Below are positions 19,995 to 32,407 of a stretch of DNA of 64,000 bases, one piece after another (position 1 is the first letter of the stretch; the number at the start of each line of letters is the position of its first letter). The DNA is from an uncultured Chloroflexia bacterium (lineage in GTDB: Bacteria > Chloroflexota > Limnocylindria > Limnocylindrales > CSP1-4): assembly GCA_963746845.1 (NCBI GenBank), contig CAVVCZ010000002.1:128001-192000 (forward strand). The letters are read 5' to 3'. The notes beneath the pieces were generated by a model, which saw nothing but the letters and a program-made list of their open reading frames with translations, did no database searches and was not told the DNA's origin. Made by a program: the position numbers and the translations under genes.

Positions 19995-21109
19995 GACGAG
20001 AGGGTGCCCGCCAGCGGATCCCAGTCGTCGGGCAGGGGCTCGGGTCGCGTCACCCGGCTCTCGACGGTCACGAACCCACTGGTCTGCGCCGCCTCGCCGA
20101 TCGACGTCATCACGTCGAGGACATGGTAGGCGAGGGCGCCGTCGGCACGATGCGGTCGACCGGCGCGGATCGCGCGGGCCATCTCGAGGACGCCCGTCCC
20201 GCGCCCGGACCGCTCCGTCGTCGACGCGAGCGTCGTCGCGTCCTTCATGCCCCGGTGTTGGACCCGGATCGCGCCGTCGAAGGTGTTCGGGTCGGACGAG
20301 ATCATCGTCCCGTCGGTCCCGTTGAGCTCGAGCAGCGACCGGACCTGGATCGTGTCGAACGAGAAGATCGCCTGGGCGGACGCTCCGCTCGCGAATTCGA
20401 GCAGCGCACCGACATGGCTCGGCGCGGTGACCTCGAACGGCTCGCCCTTGAGCGGCCCGGAGCCGACGACGCGCGTCGGATGCCCGGTCGAGGCGAGGGC
20501 GGCGACCCGGGCGACCGGCCCGAGCGCCTGGACGAGCGCGGTCAGGTAGTACGGCCCGAGGTCGAACAGGGGACCCGCGCCGACCTGGAACAGGAACGCG
20601 GGGTTCGGATGCCACGAGTCGGGGCCCGGCGACTGGAACAGCGCGAGCCCCGACAGCGGACGGCCGATTGCCCCCGCGTCGATCGCCCGGCGCATCGCCT
20701 GGAGGCCGTCCCCGAGGAACGTGTCCGGCGCGCAGCCCACCCGAAGACCCGCGTTCGCGGCCGCATCGAGAAGGCGGCGGCCGCTCACCCGGTCGAGTGC
20801 CAGCGGCTTCTCGTTCCAGACGTGCTTGCCGGCAGCGATGGCGGCCTCGCCGACCTGCGCGTGCGCCGCGGGGATCGTCAGGTTCACGACGATCTCGACG
20901 TCGGGGTGGCCGAGCACGACATCGACGTCCCCGGCACTCGCGACCCCGTGCTTCGCCGCCTGCGCCCGGGCGACGTCCGGAAGCCGATCGCCGATCGCGA
21001 GCACGGTCGTGTCCGGAAACGTGCCGAGGCTCACGAGGTACTCGGTGCTGATGTTGCCCGCCCCGACGACCCCGACGCCGACGGGCCCGCGCCGCGCCCG
21101 GTCAGGCAC
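19991..21109 (-). CDS. Gfo/Idh/MocA oxidoreductase
   Basis: VGVVGAGNIS, GKHVWNEKP, GCAPDTFLG, DLGPYY. Confidence 0.92.
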   Translation of the reverse strand: MPDRARRGPVGVGVVGAGNISTEYLVSLGTFPDTTVLAIGDRLPDVARAQAAKHGVASAGDVDVVLGHPDVEIVVNLTIPAAHAQVGEAAIAAGKHVWNEKPLALDRVSGRRLLDAAANAGLRVGCAPDTFLGDGLQAMRRAIDAGAIGRPLSGLALFQSPGPDSWHPNPAFLFQVGAGPLFDLGPYYLTALVQALGPVARVAALASTGHPTRVVGSGPLKGEPFEVTAPSHVGALLEFASGASAQAIFSFDTIQVRSLLELNGTDGTMISSDPNTFDGAIRVQHRGMKDATTLASTTERSGRGTGVLEMARAIRAGRPHRADGALAYHVLDVMTSIGEAAQTSGFVTVESRVTRPEPLPDDWDPLAGTLSS

Positions 21110-21849
21110 CCGCGAGCTCCAGCAGGTAGCGCCGGCTCTCCCGGACGGCTTCGAGCATGTCGCCGGCCGTGTCGTCGATCTCCACGACACGCAGCGCGGC
21201 CGGGGCGGATTCGACGATCTCGCGGATCGGCAGCCTGCCTCGGCCGACCGCGACCTGGTGGGGGCTGTCCACGGTGCCGTCTCCGTCCTTGACATGGATC
21301 GCGGTGACCCGGCCGCCGAGCCGCCCGAGCAGCGCCGGAACATCGGCGCCGCCCGCGAACGCCCAGTACGTGTCGACCTCGAGGACCACCACCGGGCTCG
21401 AGGTGATCGGCGAGGACCTCGAGGGCGTGTCGACCGTCGATCCGATTCTCCAGCTCGAAATGGTGGTTGTGGTAGCCGACGCGGAGACCGCGCGTCTGCG
21501 CCCGGTCCGCGGCGGCGTTCAGCTCGTCGGCGATGGCCCGGACGTCGTCCTCGGTCGTCCACCGGGCCGGATCCAGCCACGGCTGGACGACGGTCCCGAT
21601 CCCGAGCTCCGCGGCCGCCTCGAAGACGGGCGCCGGATCGCTCGTGATGACGTCGGCGTGGGTCGTCGGGGCGGTCAGGCCATGCCGCGGCAGCGCTCCG
21701 CGCAGACGATCGGCGTGGTCCAGGAGCTGGAACGGCTCGACCAGCCGGAAGCCCATCGCCGCGAGGGCCGCGAGCGTCGCATCAGTGTCCGCGGCGAGCG
21801 CGTCACGAACGGTGTACAGCTGGACGGACAGATCGGTCGGATCGGGCAT
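21102..21849 (-). CDS. Sugar phosphate isomerase/epimerase (TIM barrel), frameshift near 21392
   Basis: SVQLYTVRD, YHNHHFE, then EVDTYWA...IHVKDG in a second frame. Confidence 0.85.
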
Positions 21850-21909
21850 ACGTCCTCCAGCGCGGATCCGGGCGGCCGGTGGGCTCCGGCGGCGTCGCGG
21901 TGCGCGTCC

Positions 21910-23343
21910 TCATTCTCGCGGATCGGGGGCCTCGTCCGGCGGGAGGGTCGCGGGTGGCCTCGCGGGCGGATCCGCGGGCGGGCTGGCGGCCACGATCCGC
22001 GCCCGGGCGAGCAGCGTCTCCCGCGTGTTGAGGCCCGGGTCGTCCATGACCCCCTCGAAGAGCTCGCCGAGGATCCGACCGAGCTCGGGACCCTCCTCGA
22101 GGCCGAGCTCCGCGATCAGGTCGGACCCGTCGATCGCCAGTCCGGACCGATCGAGCAGCGGCCCCGCCGCGATCTCGGCGGCGACTCGCGCGCGCAGGAC
22201 CGCGAGCCCGTCGGCGTCGGCGGCCACGCCGCTCCCGATGTTGTCGGCCTCGCGCAGCGCGAACAGGTCCTCGATCGCCGCGGGTCCGATCTTCCCGAGG
22301 AACCGCCGCACCGCGCTGTCGCCCCAGCTCGGCTCGTACCGGAACATGTGCTGGCGGACGAGATGGACGACCCGGTCCGACGTCGCACGCGGCGCGTGGA
22401 GCCGCTCCAGGACACCCCGGGCGATGTCCGCCCCGACCGACTCGTGCCGGTAGAAGTGGCCGTCCACGCCGGTCGCCGGCTTGCCGATGTCGTGGAGCAG
22501 CGCGGCCAGCCGGACGTCGGGTCGATCGACCGCGGCATCGACCGTCCGGACCGTGTGATCCCAGAGGTCCTCGCCCGGGATCTTGTTCTGGGCCATCCCG
22601 CGCTGGAGCGCGAGCTCCGGGGAGATCGCGGCAAGCACGCCCGTGTCGGCGAGCAGCCGGAGACCGATCGACGGGCGCTCGGCGGCGAGGATCCGGGTCA
22701 GCTCGGCGCTGACGCGCTCCCCGGAGAGGTGGGCGACGAGCGGCGCCTTGGCCCGGATCGCGTCGAGCGTCGCCGGCTCGATCGTGAACTCGAGGGTCGT
22801 GGCGAAGCGGATCGCCCGCACGATCCGGAGGGCGTCCTCCTCGAACCGCAGACGCGGCTCCCCGACGGCCCGGATCAGGCGCGCCTCGAGGTCCGCGCGC
22901 CCGTCGTGAAGATCGACCAGGCGCCCCGGCTCGCCGGGCGGCGCGCCCCACGCGAGCGCGTTGACCGTGAAGTCGCGACGGGCCAGGTCGGCCTCGATCG
23001 CGTCCGTGAACTCGACGTGGTGCGGCCGCCGGTGGTCGGCGTAGTCGTGGTCGCTCCGGAACGTGGTGATCTCCTGGTCGGCGCCGTCGCGCCGGACCAC
23101 CACGGTCCCGAACCGGTTCTCGAAGATCGCGTCGCCGAACAGGGCGGCCGTCACCTCGGGCAGCGCCGACGTCGCGAGATCCCAGCTCGGAGACGGCCGC
23201 CGCCCGATCAGGACGTCGCGCGGACCGCCACCGACGACATACGCGGCGTGGCCCGCCGACCAGAGCGTTTCCAGGAGCGCGCGGACCGCGTCGGGCAGGG
23301 CCTCGGCGAGGATCGCGTCGTCGTCGCGGACGCCGTTGCTCAG
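21910..23343 (-). CDS. cca: CCA-type tRNA nucleotidyltransferase with HD domain (start uncertain)
   Basis: AYVVGG..RD, EITTFR, DLARRDFTVNA, RFEEDALRIVRAIRF, ALLHDIGK. Confidence 0.85.
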   Translation of the reverse strand: MSNGVRDDDAILAEALPDAVRALLETLWSAGHAAYVVGGGPRDVLIGRRPSPSWDLATSALPEVTAALFGDAIFENRFGTVVVRRDGADQEITTFRSDHDYADHRRPHHVEFTDAIEADLARRDFTVNALAWGAPPGEPGRLVDLHDGRADLEARLIRAVGEPRLRFEEDALRIVRAIRFATTLEFTIEPATLDAIRAKAPLVAHLSGERVSAELTRILAAERPSIGLRLLADTGVLAAISPELALQRGMAQNKIPGEDLWDHTVRTVDAAVDRPDVRLAALLHDIGKPATGVDGHFYRHESVGADIARGVLERLHAPRATSDRVVHLVRQHMFRYEPSWGDSAVRRFLGKIGPAAIEDLFALREADNIGSGVAADADGLAVLRARVAAEIAAGPLLDRSGLAIDGSDLIAELGLEEGPELGRILGELFEGVMDDPGLNTRETLLARARIVAASPPADPPARPPATLPPDEAPDPRE

Positions 23344-23855
23344 TTGCGACCCAGGAACAGGTACGTCCGCCACGCCTCGTTCCGCTCGTCGGCGAGGTAC
23401 GGCGTGAACATCGAGTAGATGTCGCTGCGCGGCTCGAAGGGAGCTCGGTGGAGCCGGAACCGCGCCTCCTCGACGGTCTTGCCGCCCTTCCGGTGATTGC
23501 AGGCCTTGCAGGCGGTGACGAGGTTCTCCCACGTGTGCCCCCCGCCGCGATGGCGCGGGACGATGTGGTCGAGCGTCAGGTCGTGGCTCTGGCGGCCGCA
23601 GTACTGGCAGGTGTGCCGGTCGCGGGCGAAGATCTCGCGCCGGCTCAGCTTGACCCGCGGCCGTGGCCGCCGGACCTGGTACTGGAGCCGGATCACGGAC
23701 GGCGCGTGGTACTCGGTCCGCGGAGTCCGGATGACCTGGTGGTCGTACTCGATGATCTCGGCCTTCTCGCCGAAGACGAGCCGGAACGCGCGCGGCAGGT
23801 TGCACACGTTCAACGGCTCGTAGTTCTGGTTCAGCACGAGCACGACACCGTACAT
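23340..23855 (-). CDS. HNH endonuclease (McrA-like)
   Basis: VLVLNQNYEPL, RDRHTCQYCG, TLDHIVP, WENLVTACKACNHRKG. Confidence 0.92.
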   Translation of the reverse strand: MYGVVLVLNQNYEPLNVCNLPRAFRLVFGEKAEIIEYDHQVIRTPRTEYHAPSVIRLQYQVRRPRPRVKLSRREIFARDRHTCQYCGRQSHDLTLDHIVPRHRGGGHTWENLVTACKACNHRKGGKTVEEARFRLHRAPFEPRSDIYSMFTPYLADERNEAWRTYLFLGRN

Positions 23856-23899
23856 CTCGTCGCGCACGATACCAAGAACGGCCGATCGTGCTGCGCCGC

Positions 23900-24826
23900 T
23901 CAACCGCGGCCGGTCGCGGCTCCCGTGGAGGCGTCCCAGCCACCGGCCTGACCGACCTTGGTCGCCAGCGGCCTGCCGAGCGCCTGGGCGATGAACCGCG
24001 CGGCGTGCAGGACACCCCCGAGGTCCGCGCCGTGCTCGAGCCCGATCGCGTCGAGGAGGTACACGAGGTCCTCGGTCGCGAGGTTGCCTGCGGCGCCCGG
24101 CGCGTACGGGCAGCCGCCCGTGCCCCCGGTCGACGCGTCGAAGCAGCGGACGCCGGCGGACAGCCCGGCGGCGACGTTGGCGAGCGCGGTGCCGCGGGTG
24201 TCGTGGAAGTGGAAGGCGATCTGCTCGAGCGGGATCCCGGCGTCGGTGGCTCGGGCGACGATCTCGCGGACCCCCGGCGGCACCCCGACGCCGATCGTGT
24301 CGCCGAAGCAGACCTCGTCGAGCCCGAGGGCCAGGAGGCGGATCGCGACGCCGACGGCCTGTTCTGCGGACACCGCGCCGGAGTACGGACACCCGAAGGC
24401 GGTCGAGACATAGCCGCGCCGCCACCAGCCGAGCTCGCCGGCACGGGCGAGGACCGGATCGAACGCCGCCAGCGACTCGTCGATCGTCATCCGGATGTTC
24501 CGTGTCGTGAAGGCGTCGGTCGCGGCGGTGAAGACGGCGATCGCGTCGACGTTCGCCGCCTCCGCGCGGGCGAGACCGCGGACGTTCGGGACGAGAACGG
24601 GATACCGGACGCCGGGTCGCCGGGGGAGGGTCGACATCAGCTCGTCGGCGTCGGCGAGCTGGGGGATCGCGTTCGGCGCGACGAACGACGTCGCCTCGAT
24701 CTCATGGAGGCCCGCGTCGGCGAGCAGCTCGAGGTAGCGGAGCTTGGTCGCGAGCGGGATCGGTAGTGCTTCGTTCTGGAGACCGTCGCGCGGCCCGACC
24801 TCGTAGATCCGGACGCGATCGGTCAC
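23900..24826 (-). CDS. liuE: Hydroxymethylglutaryl-CoA lyase
   Basis: EVGPRDGLQNE, HFHDTRG, GGCPYAPGAAGNLATED. Confidence 0.95.
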   Translation of the reverse strand: MTDRVRIYEVGPRDGLQNEALPIPLATKLRYLELLADAGLHEIEATSFVAPNAIPQLADADELMSTLPRRPGVRYPVLVPNVRGLARAEAANVDAIAVFTAATDAFTTRNIRMTIDESLAAFDPVLARAGELGWWRRGYVSTAFGCPYSGAVSAEQAVGVAIRLLALGLDEVCFGDTIGVGVPPGVREIVARATDAGIPLEQIAFHFHDTRGTALANVAAGLSAGVRCFDASTGGTGGCPYAPGAAGNLATEDLVYLLDAIGLEHGADLGGVLHAARFIAQALGRPLATKVGQAGGWDASTGAATGRG

Positions 24827-24836
24827 CGGGTCGGGG

Positions 24837-25112
24837 TCAGCCGCGAGGCGGGACGGCCGAGCGATCGACGTCGGCGATCCGGATCTCGATCCGCGCGAGC
24901 TCGTCGACCGCCGCACGGTAGGCCTCGCTGCCGAGCGCCGCCGCCGCCCGGCGGGCGCGAGCCTCGGCGTGGAGGGCGATCAGCTTGTCGCGGTCCGGCG
25001 GGAGGCTCTTGTCGATGCGCGCCGGCCGCCCATGAGCGCCGGCCGCGTGGTGCTCGCCGTCCATGCCGTGTCCGCCGTCGGTTGCGGCCTTCGCCTGCTT
25101 GTCCTTGGCCAA
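24837..25112 (-). CDS. Small hypothetical protein with His-rich N-terminus
   Basis: TTG start preceded by AGGAGG; fills the gap inside the operon; helical C-terminus. Confidence 0.6.
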   Translation of the reverse strand: MAKDKQAKAATDGGHGMDGEHHAAGAHGRPARIDKSLPPDRDKLIALHAEARARRAAAALGSEAYRAAVDELARIEIRIADVDRSAVPPRG

Positions 25113-25150
25113 TCCAGCCCTCCTGTCCCGACAGCGTAGCGCAGCGCGGG

Positions 25151-27151
<2,001 letters not shown>

Positions 27152-27301
27152 GGCTGACGCGATTGTCGCGTCCGGTGGTGAAGGGCGCAAGATGCGGCGC
27201 CGAAAGCGAACCTGGCCGTCAGGCTCCTCGACGGTGAGGATCACCCGAAACGCGACAAACGCGACGGCGGCGCCGATCTGGATCGCGCGCAGCGACCCTG
27301 C

Positions 27302-28066
27302 TCACCACCAGCCGAGCATCAGGACGATCAGCAAGGCGATCCCGACGACGATCGGAGCGAGTAGCTCCTGGGCGGCGGTCAACACCAGCACACGAACCGG
27401 GACGTCCGCCGGGCCGATCCCACGACTGGCGACCGCGAAGGCGTGGCGCCACGGACGACCGTGGGTGCTGTCGACCCAGGCGGTCGACCAGGCGAGGGAG
27501 AGCCGGTGGTACCGCTGGGCCTCCGCCGGCAACACCTCGATCGCGGCCAGGGCCGCCCGCGGATCGACGCTCCCGGTCTCGATGCCGTCGACCGCCGCCA
27601 GCATCCGGGCCACGCGCGCGGCGTCCTCGGGGTCGTCGCGCGGCGCGGCTTCGATGAGCGATCGCGCCTCGCTGACCCGACCCGCCATGAGCTCGACAGC
27701 GGCCCTCGTGAGCGGTGACGCGGTCTCGTCGGATCGAGCGAGCCAGCGGTCCGCGCCGGCCGGCGTCCGGGGCAGGTCGGCCTGGCGACGCCGTTGCTCG
27801 GTTCCCAGCCATGCCATCCCGAGTCGGATCCGCCAGCCGTCGGCGTCCACCAGCGACGGCACGGTGACCGCGATGAGGATGACCAGGAAGACGGCGGCGG
27901 GGCTGATCGCCTGCGCCGCGGTCAGGACCACCCCGACGGCGCCACCGACGACGAACCCTGCGAGCACCCAGGCGGTAGGAGGTCCCGCGTCGCGGACGAG
28001 CCGCCGGGCGGGAGGCGGCGCGAGGCGCCGCGGCAGGGCCCATCCTCGGGCCGAGTCGTCAGGCAT
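27302..28066 (-). CDS. Hypothetical membrane protein
   Basis: Two N-terminal and one C-terminal TM segments; overlaps the upstream stop. Confidence 0.7.
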   Translation of the reverse strand: MPDDSARGWALPRRLAPPPARRLVRDAGPPTAWVLAGFVVGGAVGVVLTAAQAISPAAVFLVILIAVTVPSLVDADGWRIRLGMAWLGTEQRRRQADLPRTPAGADRWLARSDETASPLTRAAVELMAGRVSEARSLIEAAPRDDPEDAARVARMLAAVDGIETGSVDPRAALAAIEVLPAEAQRYHRLSLAWSTAWVDSTHGRPWRHAFAVASRGIGPADVPVRVLVLTAAQELLAPIVVGIALLIVLMLGWW

Positions 28067-28868
28067 CCGGATCGGGGGCCCAGGCCGGCCGGCGCTTCTC
28101 GACGAACGCGCGGAAGCCTTCCTGCGCCTCCTCCGAGACCCGCTGCCGGGCGATCACCCGGGCCGTGTGCCACTTCGCCGACCCGTGCCCGAGCCCGTGC
28201 ACCTCGCGGACGATCGCCTTCGCCGCCCGGACGGCCGTCGGGCCCGAGGCCAGGATGTCGCCGATCGCTGCGTCGACCGCGGCGTCGAGCGCTTCCTCGC
28301 CCTCGACGACCTCGTGGACGAGCCCGATCCGCTGCGCCCGGATCGCGTCGAACCGGCGGCCGCCGGGGAACAGGGCCCGGGCATGCGTCTCGCCGATCCG
28401 GGCGACGACGAACGGCGAGATGACCGCGGGCAGGATCCCGAGCCGCGTCTCGGTGAAGCCGAACTTCGCACCAGCTTCGGCGATCACGAGGTCCGCGACC
28501 GCGCACAGGCCCGCGCCGCCGCCGAGCGCGCCGCCGTGCACGCGGGCGATCACCGGCACCGGGCAGGTGTCGATCCCCTCGAGCATGTCGGCCATCGCCA
28601 TCGCGTCCTGCTCGTTCGCCTCGAGGTCGAGCTGGATCGCGGCCCGCATCCAGTCGATGTCGGCGCCGGCACAGAAGGTCGGCCCGTCGCCGGCGATGAC
28701 GACGACCCGGAGCTCGGTCGGGCCCTCGCGCGCCAGGGCGGCGAAGGCCTGACGGAGGTCCGCGATGAGCGACGCATTGAAGGCGTTGTGGGCCTCCGGC
28801 CGGGTGAGGACGACCCGGGCGACGGCATCGTTCGGCCCCGTCCGCTCGATCCGCAGCAGGTCGCTCAC
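28059..28868 (-). CDS. liuC: Enoyl-CoA hydratase (methylglutaconyl-CoA hydratase-like)
   Basis: FCAGAD, GAALGGG-type motif GGALGGGAGL, FTETRLGILPAVISP; operon context. Confidence 0.88.
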   Translation of the reverse strand: MSDLLRIERTGPNDAVARVVLTRPEAHNAFNASLIADLRQAFAALAREGPTELRVVVIAGDGPTFCAGADIDWMRAAIQLDLEANEQDAMAMADMLEGIDTCPVPVIARVHGGALGGGAGLCAVADLVIAEAGAKFGFTETRLGILPAVISPFVVARIGETHARALFPGGRRFDAIRAQRIGLVHEVVEGEEALDAAVDAAIGDILASGPTAVRAAKAIVREVHGLGHGSAKWHTARVIARQRVSEEAQEGFRAFVEKRRPAWAPDPDA

Positions 28869-30187
28869 GCGGGGATCGTAGCCGGGTCGGCGGGCGACGA
28901 ATCGCCATCGAGGCGGAACCGGCCGCGCGCCCAGATCCGCCGAAGGCCGAGTGCCTCGAGGTTCGTCGCCGAGACGGTGTCGAGGTCGGCGGTGGCCATG
29001 ACCTGGTGCGCGCCGCCGTCCGCAGCACGCCGGATCCGGTCCGCGATCATCGCCCGCTGCACGCCCCGACCGCGCGCCTCGGGGAGCACCGTGCCGCCCC
29101 CGAGCCACCCGACCCGGCGCCGCGTGAACAGCGCCGACACCCCGACGTCGACGCCGTCGAGCGACGCGATGAACTCGTGCTCGCCCCGGGCCGCGGCCAG
29201 ATGCCGGTTCAGCCGGCGCATGGCGTCGGCCTCATGGCCCTCGAGCCCGAAGCCCGCGATGGTCAGCTCCGCCCAGCGGTCGACATCCGCACGATCCGTC
29301 GGGTCGACCGCCCGGATCGCCAGGCCATCCGGGCACGCGAAGGCCGCGGCCCTCGCCAGGGCGGCGTCGATCCCCGCGACGTGGACCCCACCGACCGCGT
29401 CCGCCACCGCGCCGGGCCAGGGTGGGTCGTCGGCATCGGCGAGCACCCAGCCGTCCGTGCCAGCGTCCGCGAAGAACGCTCGGATCTCCGGCAGGACGAT
29501 CGGGATCTGGTCGATCCCGAAGGCCCGGTTGAAATCGTCGCCGGGCAGGTCCGGCGCGGCCGCGGCCGCGAGATCTCCATGGTCGACGATCCGGATCTCC
29601 TCGCCCGCCGCGGCCGCCGCCCGCCAGACCGTCAGCCACGCCTCGCGATCGATGTGGTCGAGCAGGTCGAGCTCGCGCCGCAGGCCGGCTCGGGAGTCCG
29701 GTGTCGGCGGCAGCACCCGAATGGCGTCACCTTCTCGGACGGTTCCCGCGGTGACGACCCGGGCATACATTCGCGAGTCCATCGGGTGGAGGAGGATCGA
29801 GATCCGCCCGGACTTGCCCCTGACGAACACGTCCCGGATCACGTCACACGGGTTGGCGGGCGACGAGAGCTCGAGGAGGACCTCGTCGCCGATCGCCAGG
29901 CGCGTCCCGACCGGCAACACGGACAGCTCGATGCCGACCGTCGTCAGGTTCTCGCCGACGGCGCCCGGCTCGATCCGGTGCCCGTCGGCCGCGACGCGCT
30001 CGATCGCCTCGAGGGCGAGGAGGCAGACGGCCCGGTGCGGACCCCCGTGGGACCGGTAGTGGTCGTGCGCGTCGCCGACGAGGCCCATCCGCTCGATCCG
30101 CGCCTCGGCCACAGCGAGCTTCGGGACGCCACCGGGCGAGATGTTGACCTGGTGGACGCGCCCGTCGGCCGCGGTGCTCGCGTCCAT
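28865..30187 (-). CDS. MOSC domain-GNAT fusion protein
   Basis: GGVPK...HGGPHRAV...GENLT...PC MOSC motifs; C-terminal VLPEARGRGVQ...SATNLEALG GNAT. Confidence 0.85.
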   Translation of the reverse strand: MDASTAADGRVHQVNISPGGVPKLAVAEARIERMGLVGDAHDHYRSHGGPHRAVCLLALEAIERVAADGHRIEPGAVGENLTTVGIELSVLPVGTRLAIGDEVLLELSSPANPCDVIRDVFVRGKSGRISILLHPMDSRMYARVVTAGTVREGDAIRVLPPTPDSRAGLRRELDLLDHIDREAWLTVWRAAAAAGEEIRIVDHGDLAAAAAPDLPGDDFNRAFGIDQIPIVLPEIRAFFADAGTDGWVLADADDPPWPGAVADAVGGVHVAGIDAALARAAAFACPDGLAIRAVDPTDRADVDRWAELTIAGFGLEGHEADAMRRLNRHLAAARGEHEFIASLDGVDVGVSALFTRRRVGWLGGGTVLPEARGRGVQRAMIADRIRRAADGGAHQVMATADLDTVSATNLEALGLRRIWARGRFRLDGDSSPADPATIPA

Positions 30188-31803
30188 CACATCCGGAACA
30201 CGCCGAAGCGCGTGTCGGGGATCGGGGCGTGGAGTGCGGCCGCGATCCCGAGCGAGAGGATGCGCCGCGTATCCAGCGGGTCGATCACCCCGTCGTCCCA
30301 GAGCCGCGCCGTCGCGAAGTACGGCGAGCCCTCGCGCTCGTAGGTCTCGAGGATCGGCGCCTCGAACGCGTCGCGCGCCGCGTCGTCGCCGAACGGGCCG
30401 CCGACGGTCGAGAGCACCCGCGCGGCCTGCTGCCCGCCCATCACGGAGATCCGGCTGTTCGGCCAGGTCCACAGGAACCGGGGCCCGTACGCCCGCCCGG
30501 CCATCGCGTAGTTCCCGGCCCCGAAGCTCCCGCCGATGAGGATCGTGAACTTCGGGACCTCGGCGCACGCGACCGCGGTCACCATCTTCGCGCCGTCCTT
30601 CGCGATCCCGCCGGCCTCGTATTCGCGGCCGACCATGAACCCGGTGATGTTCTGGAGGAACACGAGCGGGATCTTCCGCTGGGCGCACAGCTCGACGAAG
30701 TGGGCGCCCTTCAGCGCGGACTGGCTGAACAGGATCCCGTCGTTGGCGACGATCCCGACGGGCCAGCCGTCGACGTGAGCGAAGCCGGTGACGAGGGTTT
30801 CGCCGTAGCGCGGCTTGAAGTCGTGGAACCGGCTCCCGTCGACGAGGCGGGCGATGATCTCGCGAACCTCGACGGGGCGGCGCGGGTCGGCGGACACGGC
30901 AGCGTACAGGTCGGCGGCCTCGGCGGAGCCGCAGGGATCGACCGCCGGCTCCTCGGGCGGCCGGCGGTCCCACGGCGGCGCCGGTGGCTTGCGGTTGAGG
31001 TTCGCGACGATCGACCGGCCGAGCGCGATCGCATGCTCGTCGTCGAGCGCGAGGTGGTCGGCGACACCGGAGACCGCGGTGTGGACGTCGCCCCCACCGA
31101 GATCCTCCGCGCTGACCTCCTCGCCGGTCGCGGCCTTCACGAGCGGCGGACCACCCAGGAAGATCGTGCCGGTCCCCTTCACGATCACGGTCTCGTCGCT
31201 CATCGCCGGGACGTAGGCGCCGCCCGCGGTCGACGAGCCCATGACCAGCGCGATCTGGGGGATCCCGGCGGACGACATCCGGGCCTGGTTGAAGAAGATC
31301 CGCCCGAAGTGCTCGCGATCCGGGAAGACGTCGGCCTGGAGCGGAAGGAACGCGCCGCCGCTGTCGACCAGATACACGCATGGCAGCTGGTTCTCGAGCG
31401 CGATCTCCTGTGCCCGGAGGTGCTTCTTGACCGTCATCGGGTAGTAGGTGCCGCCCTTGACGGTCGCGTCGTTGGCGACGACGACGACCGTCGTGCCTTC
31501 GACCGTCCCGATCCCGGTGACGATCCCGGCGCTCGGGGCGTCGTCGTCGTACAGGCCGGTCGCGGCGAGCGGGCTCAGCTCGAGGAACGGCGAACCCGGG
31601 TCCAGCAGGCGGTCGATCCGTTCGCGGACCGGCAGCTTGCCGCGCTCGCGATGGCGGGCGATCGAGCGGTCATCGCCGCCCGCGCCGCGCCCGGCGACGG
31701 CGGTCTGGCGGTCGCGCAGCTCCGCGACGAGGGCGGCCATCGCGTCGTGGTTGGTGCGCGCCTCCGGGCTCGTCGGGTCGAGGCGGCTCCGAAGCACGGG
31801 CAT
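30187..31803 (-). CDS. liuB: Methylcrotonyl-CoA carboxylase beta (carboxyltransferase)
   Basis: [61 protein letters not shown]. Confidence 0.95.
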   Translation of the reverse strand: MPVLRSRLDPTSPEARTNHDAMAALVAELRDRQTAVAGRGAGGDDRSIARHRERGKLPVRERIDRLLDPGSPFLELSPLAATGLYDDDAPSAGIVTGIGTVEGTTVVVVANDATVKGGTYYPMTVKKHLRAQEIALENQLPCVYLVDSGGAFLPLQADVFPDREHFGRIFFNQARMSSAGIPQIALVMGSSTAGGAYVPAMSDETVIVKGTGTIFLGGPPLVKAATGEEVSAEDLGGGDVHTAVSGVADHLALDDEHAIALGRSIVANLNRKPPAPPWDRRPPEEPAVDPCGSAEAADLYAAVSADPRRPVEVREIIARLVDGSRFHDFKPRYGETLVTGFAHVDGWPVGIVANDGILFSQSALKGAHFVELCAQRKIPLVFLQNITGFMVGREYEAGGIAKDGAKMVTAVACAEVPKFTILIGGSFGAGNYAMAGRAYGPRFLWTWPNSRISVMGGQQAARVLSTVGGPFGDDAARDAFEAPILETYEREGSPYFATARLWDDGVIDPLDTRRILSLGIAAALHAPIPDTRFGVFRM

Positions 31804-31855
31804 GCCGGCAAGGATAGGTCGGAACCGGATCGGCCCGGTCGCCGTCAGCGCGGTC

Positions 31856-32392
31856 ATGCGTCGCCTGCCCGCGCACGTCCTGCTTGCCGCTGCCGTCCTC
31901 GCCGGCTGCTCGTCCGATCCCGTTCGACCGAGTGGACCGGCCTCGGTTCCGCCGGCTGTCGTCACCTCATCGGCGTCACCGACGAGTCCGATCGCGGAGC
32001 AGCCGACTCCGGTCGTCACGCCCGAGCCGTTCCCGCTCGTGGCGATCGAGTGGTCGGGTGGGAATTGCGCCGCGACCGTGTGCACGCGGGTCGTGAACAT
32101 CGAGGGCGACGGACGGCTGCACGAGGTGATCCCGGAGGACCGCGTGCTCGGGATCGTGCCTGAGGCGCTCCGCGACGCGCTTCGCGTCGAGATCGAGCGC
32201 GCCGACTACCGCGCGATCCTGAGCCATCCGTTCACGGGCACCTGCCCAACGGCGTACGACGGCCAGGCGATCGCTTACACGTTCCACGCCTCGGCTCGCG
32301 ACCGGACCATCGACTCCTGCAAGGTCGCAATCGACCCGAACCACCCGCTGTTCAAGGCGCTCGACGCGGCGGTCAAGGCCGGGGGCGGCTGA
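31856..32392 (+). CDS. Putative lipoprotein
   Basis: Lipobox LAG|C, Pro/Ser linker, Cys pairs (GGNC...C, CPTAYDG). Confidence 0.8.
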   Translation: MRRLPAHVLLAAAVLAGCSSDPVRPSGPASVPPAVVTSSASPTSPIAEQPTPVVTPEPFPLVAIEWSGGNCAATVCTRVVNIEGDGRLHEVIPEDRVLGIVPEALRDALRVEIERADYRAILSHPFTGTCPTAYDGQAIAYTFHASARDRTIDSCKVAIDPNHPLFKALDAAVKAGGG

Positions 32393-32407
32393 GCCGCGAC
32401 CGGGCGG

